Shown here one piece after another: positions 18,867 through 28,678 of a stretch of DNA of 64,000 nt. Both the position numbers and the translations under genes were made by a program. The stretch lies in the NCBI GenBank assembly GCA_050248855.1, contig JBFWRP010000004.1, positions 64,001-128,000 on the forward strand, written 5' to 3'. The notes under the pieces are model-generated. The model had not been told where the DNA came from. It saw only the letters and a program-made list of their open reading frames with translations, and did not search any database. The DNA comes from Planctomycetota bacterium (lineage in GTDB: Bacteria > Planctomycetota > PLA2 > JAEUHO01). Position 1 is the first letter of the stretch. Every line of letters starts with the position of its first letter.

Positions 18867-20243
18867 TCAAACGCCGTGGTCGAAGGGCCCCTCTCCCCGC
18901 GAACGCTTCCCGTCGCCGTCGATGCTGCCCAGGAACTTGTCGTTGTCCGGGAACTGCTCGAGGCGGTCCACCAGCAGCGTGATCGCGTCGATGGGCCGGA
19001 CCTTCTGGAGAACGCGGCGCAGGCGGTAGATCAGCTCGAGCTGGTTGGGCGGCAGGAGCTTCTCTTCCTTGCGCGTGCCCGACAGCGAGATGTCGATGGC
19101 CGGCCACACGCGTTGCTCGGCAAGCTTGCGGTCCAGCACGAGCTCCATGTTGCCGGTGCCCTTGAACTCCTCGAAGATCACCGTGTCCATCTTCGAGTTG
19201 GTCTCGATGAGCGCGGTGGCCACGATCGTGAGCGAGCCGCCCTCTTCCAGGTTGCGGGCCGCTCCGAAGAACGCCTTCGGACGCTCGAGGCTCCTCGAGT
19301 CCATGCCGCCGGACAGCGTGCGACCGCCGCTGCGGGCAAGCAGGTTCCACGCGCGGCCCAACCGCGTCAGCGAGTCCATGAGGATCACGACGTCGCGACC
19401 CGTCTCCACGAGACGCTTGGCCTTTTTGAGCACCATCTCCGTGATGCGCGTGTGGTTCTCGGGGGTGCTGTCGTTGGTGCTGACGACGACCTCGCCTTCC
19501 GTGGCCCGCTGCATGGCGGTGGCCTCTTCGGGACGCTCGTCGACCAACAGCACGATGAGGTAGGCTTCGGGGTGGTTGATCTCCACCGCGCGGGCCAGCT
19601 GCTGGAGGATGCGCGTCTTGCCGGCCCGCGGCGGCGACACGAGGAGACCCCGCTGGCCGAAGCCGATGGGGGCCAAGAGGTCGATGATGCGCAGCGTGAT
19701 CTCGTCGAGGTTCTTGGTCAGCTCGAGCCGGCGATCGGGGTCGATGACCGTGCACTCGTCCCACTTCTTGGTCTTGTGGTACTCGTGCGGGGGCATGCCG
19801 CAGATCGAGCGGATGGAGACCAAGGGCGGGTTCTGCCCGCGGCGCCGGGGCTCGCCGATCTCGCCGTCGACGATGTCGCCGTCGCGCAGCCCGTAGGTGC
19901 GCACGAGGTCGACGCTGACGTACGGATCCTCGGCGCTGGGCTCGTAGGCCCGGTCGGGGCTGCGCAAGAAGCCATGGCCGTCCCGCGAGAGGTCGAGCAC
20001 CCCGAAGTGGCGCAGCGCGGCGTCGTCGGGGGCCTCGAACACGACCCCCGGCTCGGGCGCCGGAGGCGCAGGCGTCTCGCCCAGGAAGGCGAACGGGATC
20101 CCGTTGTCGTCGATGATCGGCGCCGAACCCGGCGACGGGCTCGGCCCGGCCCCCGGGCGGCCCCGGCCGCGACCACCGCGGCGTCGACGACGCTGGTTGC
20201 CCCCCTGATGGCGAGGGTGTTGGACGTTCTTCCGGGTACGCAA
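18867..20243 (-). CDS. rho: Transcription termination factor Rho (458 aa; TTG start inferred)
   Basis: GHGFLR, DPYVS, LAPIGFGQRGLLVSPPRAGKT, DERPEE, DSLTRLGRAWN, GGSLTIVATALIET, EEFKGTGNMEL, SGTRKEEKLL. GGGGGA SD upstream of TTG 20243. Confidence 0.93.
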   Translation of the reverse strand: MRTRKNVQHPRHQGGNQRRRRRGGRGRGRPGAGPSPSPGSAPIIDDNGIPFAFLGETPAPPAPEPGVVFEAPDDAALRHFGVLDLSRDGHGFLRSPDRAYEPSAEDPYVSVDLVRTYGLRDGDIVDGEIGEPRRRGQNPPLVSIRSICGMPPHEYHKTKKWDECTVIDPDRRLELTKNLDEITLRIIDLLAPIGFGQRGLLVSPPRAGKTRILQQLARAVEINHPEAYLIVLLVDERPEEATAMQRATEGEVVVSTNDSTPENHTRITEMVLKKAKRLVETGRDVVILMDSLTRLGRAWNLLARSGGRTLSGGMDSRSLERPKAFFGAARNLEEGGSLTIVATALIETNSKMDTVIFEEFKGTGNMELVLDRKLAEQRVWPAIDISLSGTRKEEKLLPPNQLELIYRLRRVLQKVRPIDAITLLVDRLEQFPDNDKFLGSIDGDGKRSRGEGPFDHGV

Positions 20244-20542
20244 GGTGAGGATTCCCCCCAGCGACCGGACCCGAAGCGGGTCGGCTCGCACGTGGCCCCA
20301 TGCCGTGCATGAGAGGCCGTGGGATCGGTCGGGCGCGGCCCCAGCGAAGGGGCGGCGCGACAGAAGACAAGGAAGCAAGGGGTTCGGAAGGCGGCTGCAG
20401 GAAGGTGGTTCGAGCCACCTCGGGGCAAGTGCCCCTCCCGTCAAGACCCGGATCACCTCGCCAGGGAGGGGCCGGCGGGCCGCCGGGAGATCGCGTGGGG
20501 CGCGCGCGAACCCCGCGCGCCGCGTCCCACCTTGCCGGTCGG

Positions 20543-20571
20543 ATCCTACCCCCCGGCGCGGGGGCAGCCAA
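20543..20571 (-). promoter_or_regulatory. Putative sigma-70 promoter for rho
   Basis: Minus strand TTGGCT-N17-TAGGAT, implying a leader of about 290 nt. Confidence 0.5.
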
Positions 20572-20704
20572 GTCCGTCTTGTGCGAAGGGCGCCTGGCGG
20601 CCGGCCGGGGGACCTGGGGCCCGGCAAACCTCCGGGGCCCTGGGGCCGGCGGGCTACCTTCTGCCGCTTGTCCCGCGGCCAGCGGGTGCTGCCTTGGAGA
20701 CCGC

Positions 20705-21994
20705 ATGGACTTCCGCCTCGAGACGCTTGCTCCCTGCCACCGGAAGGTCGCCGTGACCGTGCCCGCCGAGCGGGTCCGCGAGGCCTTCGCCGAGAAGACG
20801 AAGGAGGTCAACGACCAGATCGTCCTCCCGGGCTTCCGCAAGGGCCACGCCCCGCGCAAGCTCCTGGAACAGCGTTTCGGCAAGCACCTGGCCGAGGAGG
20901 TGCGTCGCGATCTGCTGAAGGCCATCTTCGAGGCCCTGGAGAGCGAGCAGAAGGTCACGCTCTTGGCTCCGCCCGAGATCGACGTGGAGGCCCTCGAGGT
21001 CAAGCCCGACAGCCCGCTGGCGCTCGAGTTCGAGATCCTGACGCGGCCCGAGTTCGAGACCCCCACCTACAAGGGCCTCGATGTCACCCTCCCGGCCATC
21101 GAGGTGGGCGACGAGGAGATCCAAGCCGGCCTCGACCGCCTGCGCCGTCGCAGCGCCCGACTCGAGCCCGTCGCCGACGCCGTCATCACGGACGCCGACA
21201 TCCTCGTGGTCGACTGGAAGGCCATGGACGGCGACAGCGTGGCCGCCCGCGACGAGGGCACGTACTACCCGTTCGGTCGCGGCGTCCTGGCGGGCTTCGT
21301 GACGTCCGAGCTGGACGAGCAGCTGCGAGGCGGCAAGGTCGGGGCGAAGGCCACGGCCGAGGTCAAGGTGGCGCCCGACGACCCGCGCGAGGACCTGCGC
21401 GGCAAGACGCTGGCCCTCGAGGTCGAGGTCACCGAAGTCCAGCGCTATCTGCTGCCCGAGGTGGACGCCGGGTTCCTGGCCAAGCACGACTTCGACGACG
21501 AGGCGGAGATGCGCGAGGAGATCGGGAAGGGCATCCGCCGGGCCAAGGCGCGCCTGCGCGAGCGCGAGGCCGAGGAGATGCTCGTCGAGCAGCTGGTCGG
21601 CGGCATCGAGATGTCGCTGCCCCAGCCCTTCGTCGAGCGGGAGCTGGCCTCCTGGGCCCGCCGCAAGCGCATGGCGCTGGAGATGGACAAGGTCGAGGAA
21701 GACGAGATCGCCCGCCAGGTCGCCGCCGAAGAGGGCGAGGCCAAGGCCGCCGTCGAGAAGGACTTGCGCACCCAGTTCCTGCTCGATCGCATCGCCGACG
21801 CCGAAGACATCCAGGTCACCGAGAGCGACCTTTCCGCGGCGCTCCACGAGATCGCCCAGGCCTACGGTCACCCGGTCGAACAGGTGCTTGCCAGCTACCG
21901 CGACGGCGGGCGCCTGCGGGAGCTCGCTGCGCAGGTCCGGCACCGCAAGGTCCGCGACCTGATCCGTCGCGAGGCCACGATCGTCGAAGCCTGA
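20705..21994 (+). CDS. tig: Trigger factor (429 aa)
   Basis: GGAGA RBS. LPGFRKGHAP ribosome-binding signature, PTYKGL; directly upstream of clpP-clpX. Confidence 0.92.
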   Translation: MDFRLETLAPCHRKVAVTVPAERVREAFAEKTKEVNDQIVLPGFRKGHAPRKLLEQRFGKHLAEEVRRDLLKAIFEALESEQKVTLLAPPEIDVEALEVKPDSPLALEFEILTRPEFETPTYKGLDVTLPAIEVGDEEIQAGLDRLRRRSARLEPVADAVITDADILVVDWKAMDGDSVAARDEGTYYPFGRGVLAGFVTSELDEQLRGGKVGAKATAEVKVAPDDPREDLRGKTLALEVEVTEVQRYLLPEVDAGFLAKHDFDDEAEMREEIGKGIRRAKARLREREAEEMLVEQLVGGIEMSLPQPFVERELASWARRKRMALEMDKVEEDEIARQVAAEEGEAKAAVEKDLRTQFLLDRIADAEDIQVTESDLSAALHEIAQAYGHPVEQVLASYRDGGRLRELAAQVRHRKVRDLIRREATIVEA

Positions 21995-22090
21995 CCCCCG
22001 CGACGCCGTCGATCGACCCGCGGCGGCCCCACTGCCTCTCCCCCGGGGCATGATGGGGCCGACCCCGAAACGCCCCCGAGGAGCACGCCC

Positions 22091-22765
22091 GTGTCCGACG
22101 TCCCCGCCGGCCTTGGCTTCGATGCCTCTGCAGGTTCTCGCCTGGAAGGCCCCAACGCCTACATCCCCAATCCCGTCATCATCGAGCGGACGGGGCGCGG
22201 CGAGCGGCACTACGACGTGTGGAGCCGCCTGCTCGAGGACCGCATCGTGTACCTCGGCACCCCCATCAACGACACGGTCGCCAACCTGCTGATCGGCCAG
22301 CTCCTGGTCTTGGAGAAGAGCGACCGACAGCGCGACGTGCACCTCTACATCAACAGCCCCGGCGGCAGCATCTCCGCAGGGCTGGCCGTGTACGACACGA
22401 TGCAGTACATCGCCTGCCCCGTGGAGACGGTCTGCATCGGCAGCGCCGCCAGCATGGCCGCGATCCTCTTGGCCGCCGGCACGCCGGGCAAGCGCTACGC
22501 GCTGCCCAACGCCCGCGTCATGATCCACCAGCCCTGGGGCGGGGCCCAGGGCACCGCGGCCGACATCGAGATCCAGGCCGAGGAAATCCTCCACGCGCGC
22601 AAGGTGCTGAACGACATCCTCTCCCGCCACACGGGCCGCCCCGTGAAGGACGTGGAGCGCGACACCGACCGCGACAAGTTCCTCTCGGCCGAGGAGGCCC
22701 GGGCGTACGGCCTCGTGGACGAGGTCGTGGAGTCCAAGAAGGAGCCGGCCCCCGCATCAGCCTGA
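22091..22765 (+). CDS. clpP: ATP-dependent Clp protease proteolytic subunit (224 aa)
   Basis: GAGGAG RBS plus [43 protein letters not shown]. Confidence 0.95.
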   Translation: MSDVPAGLGFDASAGSRLEGPNAYIPNPVIIERTGRGERHYDVWSRLLEDRIVYLGTPINDTVANLLIGQLLVLEKSDRQRDVHLYINSPGGSISAGLAVYDTMQYIACPVETVCIGSAASMAAILLAAGTPGKRYALPNARVMIHQPWGGAQGTAADIEIQAEEILHARKVLNDILSRHTGRPVKDVERDTDRDKFLSAEEARAYGLVDEVVESKKEPAPASA

Positions 22766-22857
22766 CGGCCCGACGCATCCCACGGCCCGGCGTATGCTGA
22801 GCCGGGCGCGGGGGGATGGGGCGCCAGCCGAGACGGGGCCACGGAGGACCGACACGC

Positions 22858-24168
22858 ATGGCATCGCGGCGCGGACCGGTCGAGAAGTGCACCTTCTGCG
22901 GCAAGAGCCGGCACACGGTCGAGAGCCTCATTGCCGGTCCGCCGGGCATCAACATCTGCAACGAATGCGTCGAGCTCTGCAACACGATCCTCGTCGAAGA
23001 GCAGCGCCGTCACGGACGCGGCGGCAGCGGCCGCAGCGAGGCCCCCACGGGGCTACCCGGCACCGACGGCGTGGGCCTCAAGACGCCGCGCGAGATCCAG
23101 GAGCACCTCGACGGCTACGTGATCGGCCAGAGCCGGGCCAAGCGTGCCTTGAGCGTCGCCGTCTACAACCACTACCGCCGCGCCCAGAAGAACCGTGGCG
23201 ACGTCGAGATCGACAAGAGCAACATCCTGCTCGTCGGCCCCACGGGCAGCGGCAAGACCTTGCTCGCCCGCACGCTCGCACGCGTGCTGGACGTGCCGTT
23301 CGCCATCGCCGACGCCACGACCCTGACCGAGGCCGGCTACGTGGGCGAGGACGTCGAGAACATCCTGCTCAAGCTGCTGCAGGCGGCCGACTTCAACCGC
23401 GAGCGCGCCGAGTACGGGATCATCTACATCGACGAGATCGACAAGATCAACCGCACCACGCAGAACACCTCGATCACGCGGGATGTCAGCGGCGAGGGCG
23501 TACAGCAGGCCTTGCTCAAGATCATGGAGGGCACGGTCGCCAACGTGCCCCCGCAGGGCGGCCGCAAGCACCCCGAGCAGCAGTACATCCACCTCGACAC
23601 CACGAACATCCTGTTCATCTGCGGCGGGACGTTCACGGGGCTGGAAGACATCGTCGCCCGGCGCGTCGGCAGCACGCGCATCGGCTTCGGCTCGGCGGGC
23701 ACGATGGGCCCGCGCTCGGCCACCGACGACGTCGACGCCGAGGAGCGCGCCCGCGCCCGCCTGCTGCAGAGCGTCGAGCCCCACGACCTGGTCGAGTTCG
23801 GGATGATCCCGGAGTTCGTCGGGCGCCTGCCCGTCCTGGCCACGCTCGACCCGCTGACGCGCGCCGACATGATCCGCGTGCTGACCGAGCCCAAGAACGC
23901 GCTCACGCGCCAGTACCAGCAGATCTTCGCCTACGAGGACGCCGAGCTCGAGTTCGAGGAAGACGCCCTGCTCGCCATCGCCGACAAGGCGAAGAAGCGC
24001 GACACGGGCGTGCGCGCCTTGCGCTCCATCCTCGAGGACCTGCTGCTCGACACGATGTTCGAGCTGCCCGACGCGCCGCGCGGCACGCGCTTCCGCGTCA
24101 CGCGCGGCGCCGTCGAGGGCCAAGAGCCGCTGCGCAAGCTGGCCAAGCGACGCAAGACGGGGTCTTGA
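22858..24168 (+). CDS. clpX: ATP-dependent Clp protease ATP-binding subunit ClpX (436 aa)
   Basis: GGAGGA RBS. CTFCGK/ICNECV zinc finger, [37 protein letters not shown] loop. Confidence 0.96.
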   Translation: MASRRGPVEKCTFCGKSRHTVESLIAGPPGINICNECVELCNTILVEEQRRHGRGGSGRSEAPTGLPGTDGVGLKTPREIQEHLDGYVIGQSRAKRALSVAVYNHYRRAQKNRGDVEIDKSNILLVGPTGSGKTLLARTLARVLDVPFAIADATTLTEAGYVGEDVENILLKLLQAADFNRERAEYGIIYIDEIDKINRTTQNTSITRDVSGEGVQQALLKIMEGTVANVPPQGGRKHPEQQYIHLDTTNILFICGGTFTGLEDIVARRVGSTRIGFGSAGTMGPRSATDDVDAEERARARLLQSVEPHDLVEFGMIPEFVGRLPVLATLDPLTRADMIRVLTEPKNALTRQYQQIFAYEDAELEFEEDALLAIADKAKKRDTGVRALRSILEDLLLDTMFELPDAPRGTRFRVTRGAVEGQEPLRKLAKRRKTGS

Positions 24169-25226
24169 TGGCCGAGCGGGCCGCCGCGCCCGAGCGCCCC
24201 CTCACGGGCGACCTGCCCGAGGTGCTTGCCGAGCGGCTGGCCGCCCTGGGCGAGCCCCCCTACCGTGCGCGCCAGCTGTTCCGCGCGTTCCACGCCGAGG
24301 GCCGTCTCGACCCGCGGTCGATCACCCCGCTGCCCGCCGCCTTGCGGGAGCGTCTGGCCTGCGAGGCGCCGCCCGCGACCACGCTGAAGGAGGTCCAGGA
24401 GGCCGCCGACGGCACCACCAAGCTGTTGCTGGGCCTTTCCGACGGGCGCGCCGTGGAGGCGGTGCTGATCCCGGAGAACGACCGCGTCACGGTGTGTGTC
24501 TCCACCCAAGTCGGATGCCCAATCCGCTGCATCTTCTGCGCGTCGGGTGTGCGCGGCCTGCTGCGCAACCTCGAGCCCGCCGAGATCGTCGAGCCGCTGA
24601 TCCACGCCCGCGCGCGGCTCGGCAAGCGCCCGACGCACATCGTCCTCATGGGCATGGGCGAGCCGCTCCTCAACCTCGACGCCGTCGTGCAGGCCATCCG
24701 CATCTGGACGCACCCCGATGGCATGGCCATGAGCCCACGGCGCATCACGGTGTCCACGGCGCTCACCCCCCAGCGCATCGACGCGCTCGCCGCGGCCGAC
24801 CTCGGCGTGAACCTCGCCGTTTCGCTGCACGCTCCCGACGACGCCACGCGGGCCGAGCTCGTCCCGGGCTCGCCAGTCGGCCGCGTGAAGGCGCTGGTCG
24901 AGGCCGCGGCCCGCTTCGCCACCACCACGCGCCGCGACGCCACGGTCGAGTACGTGCTCATCGACAAGCTCAACGACCAGCCTCGGCACGCGGAAGCGTT
25001 GGCCGACCTGCTCGAGGGCCTCCCGATCCACGTCAACCTGATCCCCTTCAACCCCGTCGGCCATCGGCCCGACCTCGCTCCGCCGTCGGGGCTTGCCGCC
25101 ACCGGCTTCGCCCGCCGCCTCGCCGAGCGCAACGTCAGCGTGACCCTCCGCACCCAGCGCGGCGAGGACATCGCCGCCGCCTGCGGCCAGCTGGCGCTGG
25201 AGCGGGCGTTGGGCGAGCAGGGGTAG
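24168..25226 (+). CDS. rlmN: Dual-specificity RNA methyltransferase RlmN (radical SAM, 352 aa)
   Basis: TGATG coupling to clpX. DGTTKLL, CVSTQVGCPIRCIFC, MGMGEP, SLHA, VNLIPFN, DIAAACGQL. Confidence 0.9.
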   Translation: MAERAAAPERPLTGDLPEVLAERLAALGEPPYRARQLFRAFHAEGRLDPRSITPLPAALRERLACEAPPATTLKEVQEAADGTTKLLLGLSDGRAVEAVLIPENDRVTVCVSTQVGCPIRCIFCASGVRGLLRNLEPAEIVEPLIHARARLGKRPTHIVLMGMGEPLLNLDAVVQAIRIWTHPDGMAMSPRRITVSTALTPQRIDALAAADLGVNLAVSLHAPDDATRAELVPGSPVGRVKALVEAAARFATTTRRDATVEYVLIDKLNDQPRHAEALADLLEGLPIHVNLIPFNPVGHRPDLAPPSGLAATGFARRLAERNVSVTLRTQRGEDIAAACGQLALERALGEQG

Positions 25227-25235
25227 CGAGCGGTG

Positions 25236-26708
25236 TCAGCCAGCGCGCGCGTCGGCCACCAAGCGCTCGAGGACTGCTGCGACGACGGCGGGGTCGCCTT
25301 GGCCGGCTAGCGCCTTCATGACGGCGCCGAAGAGGCGGCCCTTGGCCTTCTCGTTGCCGCCGACCCAGTCGGCCCAGGCGGCCGCGTTGGCCTGGATCGC
25401 GGCCGCCGCGGCTGCCTCGACCGCACCCGTGTCCTGCACGCGGGCCAGGCCCCGCTCGGCGACTAGGGCCGCAGGCGACGCGCCGCTCTTCACGACCTCG
25501 CGGAACAGCTCCTGGGCGGTGCGGCGGGTGATGGTGCCGTCGTCGAGCAGGTCCACGAGCTCACCGAGCCCCTCGGGCGTCAGCGCGACGTCGCCAAGCG
25601 CCACGCGCTCGTCGTTGACATGGCGCAAGAGCTCCGTGCTGACCCACGTGGCGACGGCCTTGGCATCACGCTGGCCCTTCGGTCCCGCGAGCGCCGCCTC
25701 GTACCACGTGGCGAGCGCCGGGTCGGCGGTGAGCACGCCGGCGTCGTAGGCCGAGAGGCCCAGCTCGTCGACGTAGCGGGCGCGCTTCACGCGCGGCAGC
25801 TCGGGAAGGGTGGCGCGCAGGTCCTCGACGTAGCTGACGGGGATGCGGAGCGGCGGCAGGTCGGGCTCGGGGAAGTAGCGGTAGTCGTCGGCCGACTCCT
25901 TGGAGCGCTGGTGCACCGTGACCTGGCGCACGTCGTCGAAGCCCCGCGTGCTGCGTGGTGTGTTGTCGGCCGTCTCGCCGCGCGCTTCGTAGGCTTCGGC
26001 CTGGCGCCTGGCCTCGAACTCGATGGCCAGGCGCACGGCCTGCACCGAGTTGATGTTCTTGACCTCGACGATCGGCGTGCGGTCGCCGTTCGGGTAGACG
26101 AGGTTCACGTTGGGCTCGCAGCGCAGGTTCCCCTCCTGCATGTTGCCGTCGCTGGTGCCCACGTACGCGACGATCTCGCGCAGGGCTTCCAGGTAGCGCA
26201 CGGCCTCCTCGGCGCTGGCCAGGTCCGGCTCGCTCACGATCTCGAGCAGCGGCGTGCCGGCGCGATTGAGGTCCACGCGGCTCTTGGAGCCCCCGACGTC
26301 GTGCGTGCTGCGGCCCGTGTCCTCTTCCAGGTGCGCACGGCGGATGCGCACGCGCTTGGGCTCTCCGTCGTCCCCTTCGATCTCCACGGCGCCCTCGACG
26401 CAGAGCGGCTGGTCGTATTGGCTGATCTGGTAGCCCTTCGGGAGGTCGGGATAGAAGTAGCTCTTGCGGTCCCACTTGGTGATCGCGGCGATGCGGCAGC
26501 CCAGCGCCAGCCCCGTACGGATGCCTTGGCGGACGGCCTCGCGGTTGAGCACGGGGAGTGCCCCGGGCAAGCCCGCCGACGTCGGGTCGAGCAGCGTGTT
26601 GGGGTCGGCGCCGAAGGACACCGGGCTCGACGAGAAGCACTTGGTGCGCGTCTTCAGCTGGAGGTGGACCTCGATGCCGATCAGCAGGCGCGGGGTGGTG
26701 GCGCTCAT
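25236..26708 (-). CDS. gatB: Asp/Glu-tRNA amidotransferase subunit B (490 aa)
   Basis: IGIEVHLQL, RKSYFYPDLPKGYQISQ, HLEEDTG, DLNRAGTPLLEIVSEP, YRYFPEPDLPP. Confidence 0.96.
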   Translation of the reverse strand: MSATTPRLLIGIEVHLQLKTRTKCFSSSPVSFGADPNTLLDPTSAGLPGALPVLNREAVRQGIRTGLALGCRIAAITKWDRKSYFYPDLPKGYQISQYDQPLCVEGAVEIEGDDGEPKRVRIRRAHLEEDTGRSTHDVGGSKSRVDLNRAGTPLLEIVSEPDLASAEEAVRYLEALREIVAYVGTSDGNMQEGNLRCEPNVNLVYPNGDRTPIVEVKNINSVQAVRLAIEFEARRQAEAYEARGETADNTPRSTRGFDDVRQVTVHQRSKESADDYRYFPEPDLPPLRIPVSYVEDLRATLPELPRVKRARYVDELGLSAYDAGVLTADPALATWYEAALAGPKGQRDAKAVATWVSTELLRHVNDERVALGDVALTPEGLGELVDLLDDGTITRRTAQELFREVVKSGASPAALVAERGLARVQDTGAVEAAAAAAIQANAAAWADWVGGNEKAKGRLFGAVMKALAGQGDPAVVAAVLERLVADARAG

Positions 26709-28189
26709 GCCGCCTCCCCGGGCGCCACGTAGCGGCACGTGGCAAGCTGACGCTCGAGCGCCTCCGCGACGTCGAGCACCAAGGCGTCGGCCCCCACCGG
26801 CCCCTGCACTTGCAGGCCCAGCGGCAGTCCCTGCTCGTTGAAGCCCGCCGGGATGCTGACGGCCGGAAGCCCCGCGAGGTTGGCCGCCACCGTGAGCACG
26901 TCGGAGCGGTACATGGCCAGCGGGTCGCCGGTCTTCTCGCCCAGGCGGAACGCCGCCGTGGGCGTGGTCGCGGAGATCAACACGTCGCAGCGCTCGAAGG
27001 CCTCGGCGAACGCATGCCCGAGTGCCGCCTGCGCGCCGCGCGCACGCTTGTAGAACGCATCGGCGTAGCCCGCCGAGAGCGCGAAGGTGCCGAGCAGGAT
27101 GCGCCGCTTGACCTCGGCGCCGAAGCCCTCGGCCCGGGTCTTCGCGTAGAGGCGCTCCAACGTGTCGGCCTCGGCGCGGTGGCCGTAGCGCACGCCGTCA
27201 AAGCGCGCCAGGTTGCTGGACGCCTCGGCCGGCGCGATCACGTAGTAGATGGCGATGGCCTCGGCGATCGCCGGCAGGTCCACGTCGACGGTGGTCGTGC
27301 CCAATGCGCCGAGCTGCGTACGCAGCGCTTCCACCGCATCCACGCCCTCGGTGCCGACGACGCGACGCTCCGTCGTCATCTCCGCGACGCGACCGATGCG
27401 GAGGCCCGCGAGCGATCGCGGCGTCGGCCCCGGCCCGCTGCCGGGCGTCGGGAACGCGCGTGAGGTGGCGTCCAGCGGATCGGGGCCCTCGAGGACGGCC
27501 TGGAGCCGACGGGCGTCGGCCACCGACCGCGCGAACGGACCGACCTGGTCCAAGCTGGAGGCGAAGGCCACGAGGCCGCTGCGCGAGACGCGGCCGTAGG
27601 TGGGCTTGAAGCCGACGATGCCGCAGAACGCGGCCGGCTGGCGGATGCTGCCCCCCGTGTCGCTGCCGAGCGCCAACGGGACGAGCCCGGCGGCCACGGC
27701 GGCCGCGCTGCCGCCGGACGAACCGCCCGGAACACGTTCGAGGTCGTACGGGTTGCGGCTCGGGCCGAAGGCGCTGTTCTCCGTGGACGAGCCCATCGCG
27801 AACTCGTCGAGGTTGGTCTTCCCCACGACGACGGCGCCGGCGGCTTCGGCGCGCGCCACGCAGGTGGCCGTCCGGAGCGGCTTCCACGTGCCGAGGATGC
27901 GGCTGCCGCAGGTAAGCGGCAGGCCCTCGACGTCGAGGTTGTCCTTCACGGCCAACGGGACGCCCGCGAGCGGGCCGGGCTCGCGTCCCGCGGCGACCTC
28001 GGCGTCGATGCGGTCGGCGGCGGCCCGCGCGCGCTCCGGTGCGACGTGGAGGAAGGCGTTCAACGACTCGTTCCGCGCGGCGATGCGGGCGAGGCTCGCG
28101 TCGACCAGGGCGCGCGCCGTCAGCGGGTCGGCCGGGTCGCGCACGCGCGCGGCCTGCTCGGCCACGGGGAGGTCGAGCGCCTGGCTCAC
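26705..28189 (-). CDS. gatA: Asp/Glu-tRNA amidotransferase subunit A (494 aa)
   Basis: AVKDN, GKTNLDEFAMGSSTENS, PGGSSGGSAAAV, GSDTGGSIRQPAAFCG, SNLARFDGVRYG, EVKRRILLG. GTGA overlap with gatC. Confidence 0.96.
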   Translation of the reverse strand: MSQALDLPVAEQAARVRDPADPLTARALVDASLARIAARNESLNAFLHVAPERARAAADRIDAEVAAGREPGPLAGVPLAVKDNLDVEGLPLTCGSRILGTWKPLRTATCVARAEAAGAVVVGKTNLDEFAMGSSTENSAFGPSRNPYDLERVPGGSSGGSAAAVAAGLVPLALGSDTGGSIRQPAAFCGIVGFKPTYGRVSRSGLVAFASSLDQVGPFARSVADARRLQAVLEGPDPLDATSRAFPTPGSGPGPTPRSLAGLRIGRVAEMTTERRVVGTEGVDAVEALRTQLGALGTTTVDVDLPAIAEAIAIYYVIAPAEASSNLARFDGVRYGHRAEADTLERLYAKTRAEGFGAEVKRRILLGTFALSAGYADAFYKRARGAQAALGHAFAEAFERCDVLISATTPTAAFRLGEKTGDPLAMYRSDVLTVAANLAGLPAVSIPAGFNEQGLPLGLQVQGPVGADALVLDVAEALERQLATCRYVAPGEAA

Positions 28190-28518
28190 GACGGGTCTCC
28201 GCCATCCGGCGTCTCGTCCTCGCCGAGGAACCGCGGGACCACGTAGAACGCCCCGTCGCCCGCCGGTGCCTGCCGGATGAGCGCGAGCAGGTCGAGCGGC
28301 GGCTCCGGGTCGTCGGGCCGCAGCGCCTCCAAGTCGATCGCCTGGGCCTCGAGGTCGGCCGACGGCGCGGCCTCCTCGGCGCCCGGGAGCGCCGCCACGC
28401 GCTCCACGTAGGCCAGGATCGAGGCCATCTGCGGGACCAGGCGCGCGACCTCGGCGTCGGTCAGGTCCAACCGGGCCAAGCCTGCGACGTGGCGCACCAG
28501 GCGTTCGTCGACGTCCAC
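28186..28518 (-). CDS. gatC: Asp/Glu-tRNA amidotransferase subunit C (110 aa)
   Basis: GGAG RBS plus GTG. VRHVAGLARL, ILAYVE, LRPD, QAPAGDGAFYVVPR; first gene of gatCAB. Confidence 0.9.
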   Translation of the reverse strand: MDVDERLVRHVAGLARLDLTDAEVARLVPQMASILAYVERVAALPGAEEAAPSADLEAQAIDLEALRPDDPEPPLDLLALIRQAPAGDGAFYVVPRFLGEDETPDGGDPS

Positions 28519-28678
28519 CTCGGGGCTCCCTGGGCATCCGGACCCGGCGCGCGCCGGAGGGCTTCCCCAAGGATTGTGGCGGCGAAGCCGCGCGCCCGGG
28601 AGGGGAACCCCGGGGCTCTCGGCCCGCGTCCCATGCACGGAGCCGGGCCCGTGCGAACATGGCCCGCTGGAGGATCCC

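Noticed and set aside
14229..20312. 2027-aa plus-strand ORF
   Set aside because: Antisense shadow of the S41 protease and rho genes; no motifs; expected from high GC3 codon bias.
20400..20435. GGTTCGAG T-arm-like hairpin upstream of tig (possible tRNA)
   Set aside because: No acceptor stem, D-arm or anticodon arm can be built; treated as part of the rho leader.
26560..26620. GatB lacking the CPVC motif (LDPTS instead)
   Set aside because: Cys-less variants of this segment occur in functional GatB proteins; catalytic motifs are intact.
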